Positions 35,488 to 44,334 of a stretch of 56,487 nucleotides of DNA are shown here, piece after piece. The notes beneath the pieces were generated by a model. That model did not search any database. It saw nothing but the letters and a program-made list of their open reading frames with translations, and was not told where the DNA came from. The position numbers were made by a program, and so were the translations under genes. Positions within the stretch are counted from its first letter, which is position 1. The number at the start of each line of letters is the position of its first letter. Source of the stretch: an uncultured archaeon (GTDB lineage: Archaea; Aenigmatarchaeota; Aenigmatarchaeia; GW2011-AR5; JAHLMP01); the NCBI GenBank assembly GCA_964608845.1, contig CAZSPP010000008.1, positions 1 through 56,487 of the forward strand, given 5' to 3'.

Positions 35488-35810
35488 CTTATTTTTGCTC
35501 CTGCCTCAACATCTTTATCTACTGTTAGCAAAACTGGAAAATTATTTTTATCATGAGCGGCAAGAAGCATCCCCTGAGACTCTATTCCAAAAATTTTTTT
35601 AGGTTTTAAATTTGCTAATACTATTATTTTTTTACCAATCAATTCTTCTGTTTTATAAGATAATGCTATCCCTGCAACAAGCTGTATTTTTTTCTCTCCT
35701 ATATTAACTATTAGTTTAACCAACTTTTCACTATTTTTTATTTTTTCACAGTTTTCTATCTCCCCTACCCTCAGATCCATTTTCTGAAAATCTGAAATAT
35801 CTATTTCCAT
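35484..35810 (-). CDS. tRNA-binding domain protein (Trbp111/CsaA-like)
   Basis: MDLRVGEIENCEKI...KLVKLIVNIG...VANLKPKKIFGIESQGMLLAA is the OB-fold signature. Confidence 0.8.
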   Translation of the reverse strand: MEIDISDFQKMDLRVGEIENCEKIKNSEKLVKLIVNIGEKKIQLVAGIALSYKTEELIGKKIIVLANLKPKKIFGIESQGMLLAAHDKNNFPVLLTVDKDVEAGAKIS

Positions 35811-35870
35811 TTTTTCACCATATATTTTTTTCTAAACTAAAATATATCTCATAATGAGATCAAAATTTAT

Positions 35871-36215
35871 TTAAATTCTCTCCTTATATTTATATATTTT
35901 ATATTTTCCGCATGCAAGGCATTTTATTCTTATAACCTTTTTTTCACTGTCAATTCTAACTTTCGCATTTTTCCCCGGAAAAAGAAAAGATTTACAATTT
36001 TTACAAAATTTCAATCTCAGATCTTTTGGAATTTTTACATTACATTTCATTCCTATTCTTCTCGCATATTCTACATACTTTTTCGATAAATCTAATCTAT
36101 CTTTCTTAGCAGCTTTTTCAGCTTCTTCAAAAAGAATTCTTATTCTTTCTAGGGCTATTTTTCTTATCTTTTTTTGCATTATTTTCATCTTTTTATTTTT
36201 CCTTTTGAAGATCAT
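35871..36215 (-). CDS. rnp4: RNase P protein component Rpp21/Rnp4
   Basis: N-terminal helices, then the zinc ribbon FCKNCKSFLFPG...KCLACGK. Confidence 0.75.
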   Translation of the reverse strand: MIFKRKNKKMKIMQKKIRKIALERIRILFEEAEKAAKKDRLDLSKKYVEYARRIGMKCNVKIPKDLRLKFCKNCKSFLFPGKNAKVRIDSEKKVIRIKCLACGKYKIYKYKERI

Positions 36216-36231
36216 TAAAAATTAAAAAAGA

Positions 36232-36315
36232 TGCGTCGACCGGGAATTTCTTTTAAAATTCGAACCCGGGTCACCAGCTTGGAAGGCTGGTGTCCTACCA
36301 CTAGACTATCGACGC
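36232..36315 (-). tRNA. tRNA-Gly(UCC) with a 13-nt insertion in the T-loop
   Basis: Hand-folded. GCGTCGA-TA-GTCT-AGTGGTA-GGAC-A-CCAGC-CT-TCC-AA-GCTGG-TGAC-CCGGG-TTCGAATTTTAAAAGAAATT-CCCGG-TCGACGC-A. Confidence 0.85.
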
Positions 36316-36357
36316 ATCTAAGAATAATATTTAAGAATAAAATTAAAATTTCTTTTG

Positions 36358-37185
36358 TTATCTTGATATTTTACTTTCTAGAGCTAATGCCTCAAGATTT
36401 GCAACACTTATCAGATCTTCTATTATTTCTTTTTCAAGTATTTTTGCATTTATACCAAGAGATTTCATTTCTATATATGCCTTTATTATCATAATCTCAA
36501 TACTTTCTTTTGTTGGATAGTTGATTTCTAAGGAAATATTTATCATATTACCAATAGCTTTTGTTATTTCTTCCATAATCTTTTCCTCATCTATACGGAG
36601 AACGTCTTTTGGATATATTATGTCATTTTCAATAACTGCTACTAGATCAATTCCAATTTCTATTGGCTCTATTTTAAGTAGGTTAAGTACTGCTGCAATG
36701 TCTTCTGTTATCACTTCACCTTTTTTGCATATCAATTGATCTTCTAATATAGATATTTTACCACCCTCTACCTTTGTTTTAAGCTTTGCTTTTTGCAATG
36801 TTGTAATTGCAGGACCAGGAGATAAATCTGTTTTTCCAGCGTTTACTATAATATCTTTTGGAGCAATGTCTCCAACTCTTGCTGGAGCATTTGATTTTGT
36901 TTTTTCAAGTATTTTGTAAATCTCGAAAGGATTTAGATTAGACATTATTAGTGCAGGTTGTCCGGTGATATATTTTTTCAATTCACTTTTGTTTATATTA
37001 TCTAAAACACGCTCTATTATATTTTTTGGTAAAACTTTTATGAGAGCTTTATCCTTTATTTTATTTCTAATACTCTGAAACTGCTTAGACGGAAGTTTAT
37101 ATATGTTAAGTAAACCTATTGTTGAGTAATTTTTTGCTATATGTGATACCTCTTCGACTAATTTTGGTTTATCTTTTTTTAGCAT
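36358..37185 (-). CDS. rpl10: 50S ribosomal protein L10 / P0 (uL10), short form
   Basis: VEEVSHIAKNYSTIGLLNIYKLPSKQFQSIR... and position after rpl1. The ATG at 37185 is preferred to the TTG at 37200. Confidence 0.8.
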   Translation of the reverse strand: MLKKDKPKLVEEVSHIAKNYSTIGLLNIYKLPSKQFQSIRNKIKDKALIKVLPKNIIERVLDNINKSELKKYITGQPALIMSNLNPFEIYKILEKTKSNAPARVGDIAPKDIIVNAGKTDLSPGPAITTLQKAKLKTKVEGGKISILEDQLICKKGEVITEDIAAVLNLLKIEPIEIGIDLVAVIENDIIYPKDVLRIDEEKIMEEITKAIGNMINISLEINYPTKESIEIMIIKAYIEMKSLGINAKILEKEIIEDLISVANLEALALESKISR

Positions 37186-37190
37186 TTTAC

Positions 37191-37796
37191 TCACTTCCAA
37201 TCTATTTTTATTGGCTTTGACATAGTCTTTTTTATCATAATATTTTTTATTTGTGCAGAGCCTTTTGGCAAGGCCTTTTCAACCTCTCTAATTACCGTTT
37301 TTATATTTTCAATTATTTCTTCATCTTTCATATCCTCGGTCCCAACAGCTAATTGAATATTTAATCCAGATTTTAGAGCAAATTTAACACTTTTTTCTTT
37401 TATTTTTACTAAATTTTCAATAATTTCTTTTGTAGCATTCGGTGGAATAGGTTGAGGCATTTTGTCTGATGGAGCAAGATATTTACCTAGGAATTTACCT
37501 ATGATTGGCATAAGGTTTGGGGAGGCTAAGAAGAAATCATAACTCTTAGCAAACTTTTTGGCATCCTTTTTCGATTGCCCCAAAGCTTCAATCTTTTCCT
37601 TTGTAAATCCATATTCTTCAGAAATTATACAAACTTTTGCAGGTTTTCCTCTTCCATAAGGAAGAACTATCTCTTTTTTTATTCTGTTTTCAGGTTTTTT
37701 TAAGTCAATATTTCTTAGATTTATTATTAAATCTATTCTTTGCTTAAAATTTCTTTTATATTTTTTCAATTCTTTTAAAGCATCCTCTATTTTCAT
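37191..37796 (-). CDS. rpl1: 50S ribosomal protein L1 (uL1)
   Basis: NFKQRIDLIINLRNIDLKKPENRIKKEIVLPYGRGK. The ATG at 37796 follows the SD GGAGG (37803-37807) after a 6-nt spacer. Confidence 0.88.
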   Translation of the reverse strand: MKIEDALKELKKYKRNFKQRIDLIINLRNIDLKKPENRIKKEIVLPYGRGKPAKVCIISEEYGFTKEKIEALGQSKKDAKKFAKSYDFFLASPNLMPIIGKFLGKYLAPSDKMPQPIPPNATKEIIENLVKIKEKSVKFALKSGLNIQLAVGTEDMKDEEIIENIKTVIREVEKALPKGSAQIKNIMIKKTMSKPIKIDWK

Positions 37797-37802
37797 TTTC
37801 AC

Positions 37803-37840
37803 CCTCCTACCTAAAAAGGTAGTCCAGCCGGGTATATATT
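37803..37840 (-). promoter_or_regulatory. rpl1-rpl10 upstream region: SD GGAGG plus a TATATA box
   Basis: Minus-strand reading is TATATACCCGGCTGGACTACCTTTTTAGGTAGGAGGGTGAAAATG. The TATA-like hexamer (37833-37838) lies about 35 nt upstream of the ATG. Confidence 0.35.
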
Positions 37841-37859
37841 TGATGTCTCATTAAACTTT

Positions 37860-38354
37860 TTAAGGCTTTTTTTCATCTGATTTTAAAGCATCTTCAATAT
37901 AAGATATATAGCCCGCTAAAGATTTTTTTACTTCATTCATCTTATTTTCTATCTCTATAACTTTTTTCGCCATTTCTCTATGTTTGTTCTCAATCTCTTC
38001 TTCAATCTCTTTTCTATTATTTTCAACCTTTTTTTCTATCCTAAATACAGAAATCATAAAGTCATCTCTTAGCTTCAGAATACTCTCCATAATATTTTCT
38101 AACCCGTTAGAAATTTTTTCAATTACAGAGAGTTTATTTTCTATTTTCTCTATCTTTTGATCAAAACTTATTTTATAAAGTGAAACAATTAACATTACTA
38201 ATAAGAAAGAAAATGCTAGAGACCAAATAATCATAAGTCTCAATATAATAAAGATTAGTAGGCATAGATTCAATATAAGTGCTAACTTTTCGTAAAAATT
38301 CATAATAACCACTATAAAGTTATAACTATAAAAAGATTTAAAAGCTTTAAACAA
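37860..38354 (-). CDS. membrane-anchored coiled-coil protein, unknown function
   Basis: Two N-terminal hydrophobic helices followed by a K/E/I-rich coil. The start is uncertain. Confidence 0.45.
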   Translation of the reverse strand: MFKAFKSFYSYNFIVVIMNFYEKLALILNLCLLIFIILRLMIIWSLAFSFLLVMLIVSLYKISFDQKIEKIENKLSVIEKISNGLENIMESILKLRDDFMISVFRIEKKVENNRKEIEEEIENKHREMAKKVIEIENKMNEVKKSLAGYISYIEDALKSDEKKP

Positions 38355-38362
38355 AATTTAGA

Positions 38363-39208
38363 ATGATTTTAATGAGCGTTTTAGAAAGATTTTTGTATAT
38401 CTCTAATTCGTTTACATTTAATTATCCTTTAAAAGAAGCTGATATAGTTTTTTTAGGAATACCATTTTCTTCTACGTCAATCTCAGAAAAAAGTATGTTT
38501 GGGCCAACAATTGTAAGGGAGTGTATGAAGCTTATAGAAGGTTTTTCTGATGATAAGAATGGAATAGATATATTCTCAAATTTTAAGTTCTGTGATTTAG
38601 GAAATATAGAAGTGGTACCAGGAAATTATTTTCTTACTAGAAAAAGAATAAAAGAAACATTAAAAGAGATAAAGTCTATAAACAAAGAAGCATTTCTTAT
38701 AATTATTGGGGGTGAGCATCTAATATCCCTTCCTGTAATAGAATTTTTGAAGCCGGATATTGTAATACAGTTCGATGCTCACGCGGATATGAGAAAAGAC
38801 TATTTAGGAGAAAAATATTCTCACGCTACTTGGGCTTATCATGCATCAAAAATATCCAAAATAATAAGATATGGTGTAAGGTCTTATTCAAAGGAAGAAA
38901 AGATTTTGATGGAAAAAAATAAAAAGGAAAAGAAAGTTGAAAAAACTGCATATATCACAATAGACATGGATGTTTTTAGTCCAGAATATGTGGATGTCGC
39001 TCTTCCCGTTTTTGATAAACCAGAAAAGGCTCTATCACCAAATACTTTTTTTGATTTAATAGAAGACATTTTCAAAAAGTATAAAATAGTAGGAATGGAT
39101 ATAACAGAGATTAATGGTGATAAAATTTTATCAAAAACGGGATTTTTGGCATGTGAAATAATAAAAAAGGCAGTAGCTTCTTTGAATTTTTTTAGCCCTT
39201 CTTTTTAG
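38363..39208 (+). CDS. speB: arginase-family ureohydrolase (agmatinase-like)
   Basis: IIGGEHLIS, QFDAHADMR, ITIDMDVFSPEY and GMDITEIN correspond to the Mn-ligand motifs of the family. Confidence 0.7.
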   Translation: MILMSVLERFLYISNSFTFNYPLKEADIVFLGIPFSSTSISEKSMFGPTIVRECMKLIEGFSDDKNGIDIFSNFKFCDLGNIEVVPGNYFLTRKRIKETLKEIKSINKEAFLIIIGGEHLISLPVIEFLKPDIVIQFDAHADMRKDYLGEKYSHATWAYHASKISKIIRYGVRSYSKEEKILMEKNKKEKKVEKTAYITIDMDVFSPEYVDVALPVFDKPEKALSPNTFFDLIEDIFKKYKIVGMDITEINGDKILSKTGFLACEIIKKAVASLNFFSPSF

Positions 39209-39746
39209 CCTTCTTTTTCTCACTTTCAATCCATTTTAAAGAACCGAGCATAGGTTGTCTCATTGTTAATCCTATTTTAGTCTTATCTTTTCCTAAAGAT
39301 ACAGAAATTATTCTTGCTCTTACAATATCACCTTCTTGTAATTTCTTTTTAGTCTTTTTTCCTAACAGAATAGAGTTTTTTTGATCAAACACTACTTTAT
39401 CATTCATTATCTGCGAAATATGTACAAAACCGTCTATAGAGCCTATTCTTATAAAGGCTCCTATGTCAGTATTATCAGTAACAACTCCATAAACTATTTC
39501 GTGTGTTTCTGGTTGAAAGACGAGTGCTTCAAATGTTGTAGTGCAATGCACATTTGGATCCTCTGGTAATATTTTACCTTCCTCTATATCTATAACATTA
39601 ATTATTGAAAGGATTACGCCAATATCAGGCTCTATTTTACCTTCTATTTTATTGCTTAAACTTTGTTTAACAGCCTCTTCTATACCTAAGCTTAATAAAC
39701 TTGGATGTACACTTACATCATCTTTTATTGTCATTATTTTATACAT
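39192..39746 (-). CDS. rpoE1: RNA polymerase subunit Rpo7 (E')
   Basis: N-terminal Rpb7-like domain plus an S1 domain (GVVTDNTDIGAFIRIGSIDGFVHISQI). Confidence 0.85.
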   Translation of the reverse strand: MYKIMTIKDDVSVHPSLLSLGIEEAVKQSLSNKIEGKIEPDIGVILSIINVIDIEEGKILPEDPNVHCTTTFEALVFQPETHEIVYGVVTDNTDIGAFIRIGSIDGFVHISQIMNDKVVFDQKNSILLGKKTKKKLQEGDIVRARIISVSLGKDKTKIGLTMRQPMLGSLKWIESEKKKAKKKG

Positions 39747-39766
39747 TTCTAAGCACCATACAATAC

Positions 39767-40108
39767 TTATTTTTCAAGAGTTAAATATTTTTTTTGTCTC
39801 AATCTTAAGACACCAATACCTTTTAATTTTAATTTTTTTATAAGATTTATATCGTTTGTAGCTACTACATCATTTTTGCTTGCAATATTAAGTATACCCT
39901 TATCAGTACTTTTTTCTTCTGTTTTTATTATCTTTATTTTATAATGTTTTATAAGCTCTAATGCAAGCTTTCCTTTCCTGTTATTCATTTTTTCCAATTC
40001 TTTTATAGTGGTATCTAAAATTACCGGCTCCCCAAATTCTGAAAATTTTTTAATTTCTTCCATAAGATTTTTGCAATCTATCAATATGTTTGTATCTACT
40101 ATTATCAT
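39767..40108 (-). CDS. PIN-domain protein (Fcf1-like, conserved neighbour of rpoE)
   Basis: MIIVDTNILID..., VATNDINL acidic residues, 113 aa. Confidence 0.65.
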   Translation of the reverse strand: MIIVDTNILIDCKNLMEEIKKFSEFGEPVILDTTIKELEKMNNRKGKLALELIKHYKIKIIKTEEKSTDKGILNIASKNDVVATNDINLIKKLKLKGIGVLRLRQKKYLTLEK

Positions 40109-40148
40109 TCTGACCCTTAAATTTATTTATGACAAATTTTTATTTTGT

Positions 40149-40805
40149 ATGAAAGCAACATTCATTTTGACAAGTTTAATATTACTATCTTACATTTTAA
40201 TATACTTATTAGATTACTTTTCTTTGTTTTCCTTTGAAAATATTGTAAAAAATTTTGGATTTTCATTTAATAATTTTTTTAAGAGGCCTTATGTATTAAT
40301 TACGTCCATCTTTATTCATGGAAGTATAGACCATCTCATTTCAAATTTAATAGCTCTAATATTTTTTGGTATTGCCGTGGAAGATGAAATCGGAGCTAAA
40401 AAAATGTTATTAATATTTTTTTATGGAGCGTTTTTCGGAGACATTTTTTCATTATTTTTCTATTCTCCTGAAACAATATCTATAGGTGCTTCTGCTGGAA
40501 TTTTTGCTCTCGTAGGATTTGGTATGATTATTAGACCATTGGATATAAGCTTATATCCTCCTTTCTATATAATTCCATTAGGTCTTGTCGGAATACTGTA
40601 TACGATTTATAATATAATAGGCTTTATTTTTAATATTGGTAACATTTCATATATCGGCCATTTTGCTGGGTTATTTGCTGGCTTATTTGCAGCCTCTCGC
40701 CATAGAAAGTGGAAAAAAGGGATTAAAATGCTTTCATTTTTAATATTTTTTACAATATTTTTATGGATATTACTTATGATATTTAAATTTTATTTTTATA
40801 AGTGA
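40149..40805 (+). CDS. rhomboid-family intramembrane serine protease
   Basis: HGSIDHLISNLIALIFFG, GASAGIFALVGF (GxSxG) and a later GHFAG His. The ATG at 40149 removes the overlap with the PIN gene. Confidence 0.8.
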   Translation: MKATFILTSLILLSYILIYLLDYFSLFSFENIVKNFGFSFNNFFKRPYVLITSIFIHGSIDHLISNLIALIFFGIAVEDEIGAKKMLLIFFYGAFFGDIFSLFFYSPETISIGASAGIFALVGFGMIIRPLDISLYPPFYIIPLGLVGILYTIYNIIGFIFNIGNISYIGHFAGLFAGLFAASRHRKWKKGIKMLSFLIFFTIFLWILLMIFKFYFYK

Positions 40806-41215
40806 TGAATATGCCATACACATTTCAACCAAAAGAAAGACATGCAAAAGCAAGGTCTTGGTTAAACATATCGCGAAAAGATGCTTTAAAGATTTGTAGA
40901 GTTATTAGAAGAAAAAAACTAAAAACAGTGAAAAGATTACTTGAAGATCTTTTAAAAAGAAAGAGAAGTTTAAAAGGTAAATATTATACAAAAGCAGTCT
41001 CTGAAATAAAAAAGTTAATAGAAAGCTGTGAAAAAAATGCAGAAAATTTGGGTTTGGATAAAGAAAAACTATTTGTTTATGCATCATCTTGCAAAGGACC
41101 AACAATAAGAAGAGCTAGAAGAAAGGTAGAATTTGGCTCTAATTTAAAATCAACAAATGTAGAAATAATTTTGGTAGAAAGAGGGAAGAAAAAGGTGGAA
41201 AGCAACAAATCCTAA
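40805..41215 (+). CDS. rpl22: 50S ribosomal protein L22 (uL22)
   Basis: AKARSWLNISRKDALKICRVIRRKKLKTVKRLLEDL...YTKAVSEIKKLIESCEKNAENLGLD...NVEIILVE. Confidence 0.8.
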   Translation: MNMPYTFQPKERHAKARSWLNISRKDALKICRVIRRKKLKTVKRLLEDLLKRKRSLKGKYYTKAVSEIKKLIESCEKNAENLGLDKEKLFVYASSCKGPTIRRARRKVEFGSNLKSTNVEIILVERGKKKVESNKS

Positions 41216-41910
41216 TTTGTTTGATTTGTTTGGCTTTCGAAAACTTCTTTCAACTCTATAAATATTTCACCGAAAATTTCTTGTTGGAAGCAGATTATTT
41301 TATTATTCATAACCAAATGAAGAAGAGGTATGAAATTATAAACTATGTTTTTTCTATTCCATTCTCCTACAAGGCTAGAAAAGTTTTTTATTTTTTCATT
41401 TTTTATTCTTTCATATATTTTTTCAATTCTACTTTCTATGTCTTCATATTCTCCAATAAGGTTTTCGACATTTCTTCTAAGTCTAAGTTTCTTCAACTTT
41501 TTCTTTTCCTCGAATTCTATAACCTTTTGTAATGCATTTATAAGCTCTGTTAAAGTAACCTTTCTTTTAGGGGTTCTTATTATAGGAAGATCCACTAAAG
41601 GAACGTTTATATCTATATTAGGTTTTAAAGTTTCTTCTTTCGGCTCATTTATCTTCAAAACTTCACATTTCATTCTTAAAAGAATAGCCGCTATCAATAT
41701 AAATCTCGCCGGAATTCTAAAATCAAACTTTTTTAAATTTTTTAGATAATCTAAGAATGCATCAACAAGTCTAACAATATCTATATCCGACGGGTTTATA
41801 CCTTCTTCCTCTATTATATTTGTTATAACCTCCTCCCAATCGCTCGCAACAACTATTGTTTTTATTAGTTTACTTTCATCAACTTCCATTTTTTCTTGAA
41901 TATTAATCAC
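41212..41910 (-). CDS. scpA: segregation and condensation protein A (kleisin ScpA)
   Basis: DIDIVRLVDAFLDYL...ARFILIAAILLRMK, and it overlaps the smc 3' end. Confidence 0.8.
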   Translation of the reverse strand: MINIQEKMEVDESKLIKTIVVASDWEEVITNIIEEEGINPSDIDIVRLVDAFLDYLKNLKKFDFRIPARFILIAAILLRMKCEVLKINEPKEETLKPNIDINVPLVDLPIIRTPKRKVTLTELINALQKVIEFEEKKKLKKLRLRRNVENLIGEYEDIESRIEKIYERIKNEKIKNFSSLVGEWNRKNIVYNFIPLLHLVMNNKIICFQQEIFGEIFIELKEVFESQTNQTN

Positions 41911-44278
41911 CTTTTGGCATTTTTATAGAAAATACTTTTGAAACGCCATCTTCCATAGATACTCCAAAAACATGATCAGCTTCTTGTATTGTTAAATCAT
42001 TGTGTGTTATTACTATAAGTTGAGTTTTTTCAGAATATTTTTTTAAGAATTCTACTGCCTTTTTTGTATTAACTTTATCTAATGCTGCATCGATTTCATC
42101 TAATATATAAAATGGACATGCATAGTATTGTTGAATTGCAAAAAGAAATGCTATTGCTGTCATTGATTTTTCACCACCCGACATAGCATCTATATTTATA
42201 GGTGCTTTTGTGGTTGTTGAAGCTTCTATAATTAATCCAGAATTTATATCATTTTCATCTTCCAATCTAAGCCTCCCCTCACCTCCCATAAGATCTTTAT
42301 ATATGTTTGCAAAGTTTTCAGAAACTATCTTAAGTGTTTCCATAAATTTTTCCTTCTTTTTACTTTCTATCTCCTGTATAGCTTTTAGTATCGAATCTTT
42401 TTCTTCGACAAGCTTTTCCAACCTTTTTTTAAGTTCTTCATATTCTACTCTTATTATTTCGAATTCTTCTGCTGCACGCATGTTCACTAATCCCAAAGAA
42501 TTTAATTCATTAATGTACTGAGAAAGCAAGGATTTTAGTTTATTGACTTCATAATCATAATAAGATTCTGTTTTAAAGTTTTCTATTTCTTTTTCTATGT
42601 TTTCAAACTCAGCTTCTTTCTTTGCAAGGTTTACTGTCAGCTTATTTAATTCGCTTGTTAATTGAAGTTTCTCGTTTAATAGGATATTTAACTCTTTTCT
42701 AATTTTGTCAACATCAATTTCGAATCTTGATCTCTCTTCTTCAAGCTTTTTTAGATTTTCTTCTTCTTTCTTTTGTTCTTCCCTTAGGTTTTTTAATTCT
42801 TCTTCCAACTTTTCTATTTCTTTTAATAATCTTTCATTTTCTTCCAATATTCTTTTTTCAAACTCTGCTCTCTTATTATATCCTCCAACAATAGCTCCAA
42901 AGGGTTCTATCAAATCTCCATCTAATGTAACGGCTTTTATCCCAGGCTCAACCCTTTTTTCAATATTTTCTATTATTACAGTATCTCCTAATACATATTC
43001 TATAACATCTCTATATTTCGGATCAAACTTCACTAAATTTATTGCCTTATCTATTATTTCTCCAGAAATCTTTCTTTCTTTTTTATCAATTTTTATTTTA
43101 TCTAATGGTAAAAAGCGAGCTCTTCCTATTTTATTCTCTTTTAAAAATTTTATACACTCTATTGCAACATTTTCATTTTCAACAACGATATCATTTAAAT
43201 GATTTCCTATAGCAACTTTAATAGCTACTGAATATTTTTTTGGTATTTCTATTAATTGTTGTAAAGTTCCTACAACTCCATTTATATTAGAAATGTGTCT
43301 TAATATGTTTTCATATTTTTCTTTTGATAATAAAGCTTCGTTCAAATCTATTTTATCTTTTTTTCTTATTATCTCCATATTTATTTGATCGATTTTTCTA
43401 AGAAGCTCTATATTTCTAGCTTTTTGTATTATTATTTCATTTAACTTTTTTGTTTCCTCGCTACTTTTTTCTAACTCGTTTTGCTTTTCAGAATATTTTT
43501 TATCCAATTCTTCCAATCTCTTTTTCAGGTTTTCTATTTTTTCATTAATTTTGTTTATGTCTTTTTGAAGATTTTCTTTCGACTTTAGTGCAATAGAATA
43601 TCTTATCTTTTTTATTTCTTCATTTAGAAATATGCTTTTTTCTGCATACTCTTTTTCCTTTTTTAGCCTTTCTAACAATTTTTCCTTTTCCATTAGAACT
43701 ATTTTCATTTCATTTATATGCTTTTCAACTTTTTCCAATTCTAATTCAGATTTTCTTTTCTTTTCATCAAACTCAGCTATTCCTGAAATTTGATCTATAA
43801 GTTCTCTTCTTTCTTTAGGAGAGGTTTCGATTACTTTTGTTATATCACCTTGCATTATTATATTATGACCATAAGGAGAGATGTTTAGATTAGAAAGCAA
43901 ATCTAACATCTTATTTCTTGTAACAACTTTACCGTTTATTCTTATAATACTCAGACCCTTTTCATTTATCTTTCTAGTTATTTTTATTTCATCATCGTAA
44001 GGAAGCTTTCTATCTTTATTATCTAAATATATAGATACACTACAATACTTTGCGGGTTTTCTTTTCTTACTACCACGAAATATAAGTTCTGAAAGCCTCT
44101 CGGCTCTTATAACTTTTGCTGAAGATATTCCTAAAGCGAACATTATTGCGTCACATATGTTAGATTTTCCACTTCCGTTTGGCCCGCAAATTACTGTAAA
44201 TCCAGAAGGAAAAGGTATAGCTACTTTATCTGCAAAAGATTTAAATCCATGAATTACTATTCTGTTTATTCTTGTCAT
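41903..44278 (-). CDS. smc: SMC chromosome segregation ATPase, short-armed (791 aa)
   Basis: Walker A GPNGSGKSN, a hinge (GVVGTLQQLIEI...RARFLPLD...VTLDGDLIEPFGAIVGG), the signature MSGGEK, and Walker B FYILDEIDAALD. Confidence 0.88.
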   Translation of the reverse strand: MTRINRIVIHGFKSFADKVAIPFPSGFTVICGPNGSGKSNICDAIMFALGISSAKVIRAERLSELIFRGSKKRKPAKYCSVSIYLDNKDRKLPYDDEIKITRKINEKGLSIIRINGKVVTRNKMLDLLSNLNISPYGHNIIMQGDITKVIETSPKERRELIDQISGIAEFDEKKRKSELELEKVEKHINEMKIVLMEKEKLLERLKKEKEYAEKSIFLNEEIKKIRYSIALKSKENLQKDINKINEKIENLKKRLEELDKKYSEKQNELEKSSEETKKLNEIIIQKARNIELLRKIDQINMEIIRKKDKIDLNEALLSKEKYENILRHISNINGVVGTLQQLIEIPKKYSVAIKVAIGNHLNDIVVENENVAIECIKFLKENKIGRARFLPLDKIKIDKKERKISGEIIDKAINLVKFDPKYRDVIEYVLGDTVIIENIEKRVEPGIKAVTLDGDLIEPFGAIVGGYNKRAEFEKRILEENERLLKEIEKLEEELKNLREEQKKEEENLKKLEEERSRFEIDVDKIRKELNILLNEKLQLTSELNKLTVNLAKKEAEFENIEKEIENFKTESYYDYEVNKLKSLLSQYINELNSLGLVNMRAAEEFEIIRVEYEELKKRLEKLVEEKDSILKAIQEIESKKKEKFMETLKIVSENFANIYKDLMGGEGRLRLEDENDINSGLIIEASTTTKAPINIDAMSGGEKSMTAIAFLFAIQQYYACPFYILDEIDAALDKVNTKKAVEFLKKYSEKTQLIVITHNDLTIQEADHVFGVSMEDGVSKVFSIKMPKGD

Positions 44279-44334
44279 AACAAATATAGTTATATTTTGA
44301 TAATTAAATAACTTTTTCCTTTTTCTGAAAAATT

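Noticed and set aside
37807-37822. Hairpin CTACC-TAAAAA-GGTAG in the rpl1 leader as an L1 autoregulatory mRNA site.
   Set aside because: The stem is only 5 bp. It lies about where the transcript is predicted to start relative to the TATA-like box, and I cannot match it to the L1-binding consensus from memory.
39767-40108. PIN-domain gene as a VapC toxin of a toxin-antitoxin pair.
   Set aside because: No small upstream antitoxin ORF is present. It sits directly upstream of rpo7, the conserved position of the housekeeping Fcf1-like PIN protein in archaea.
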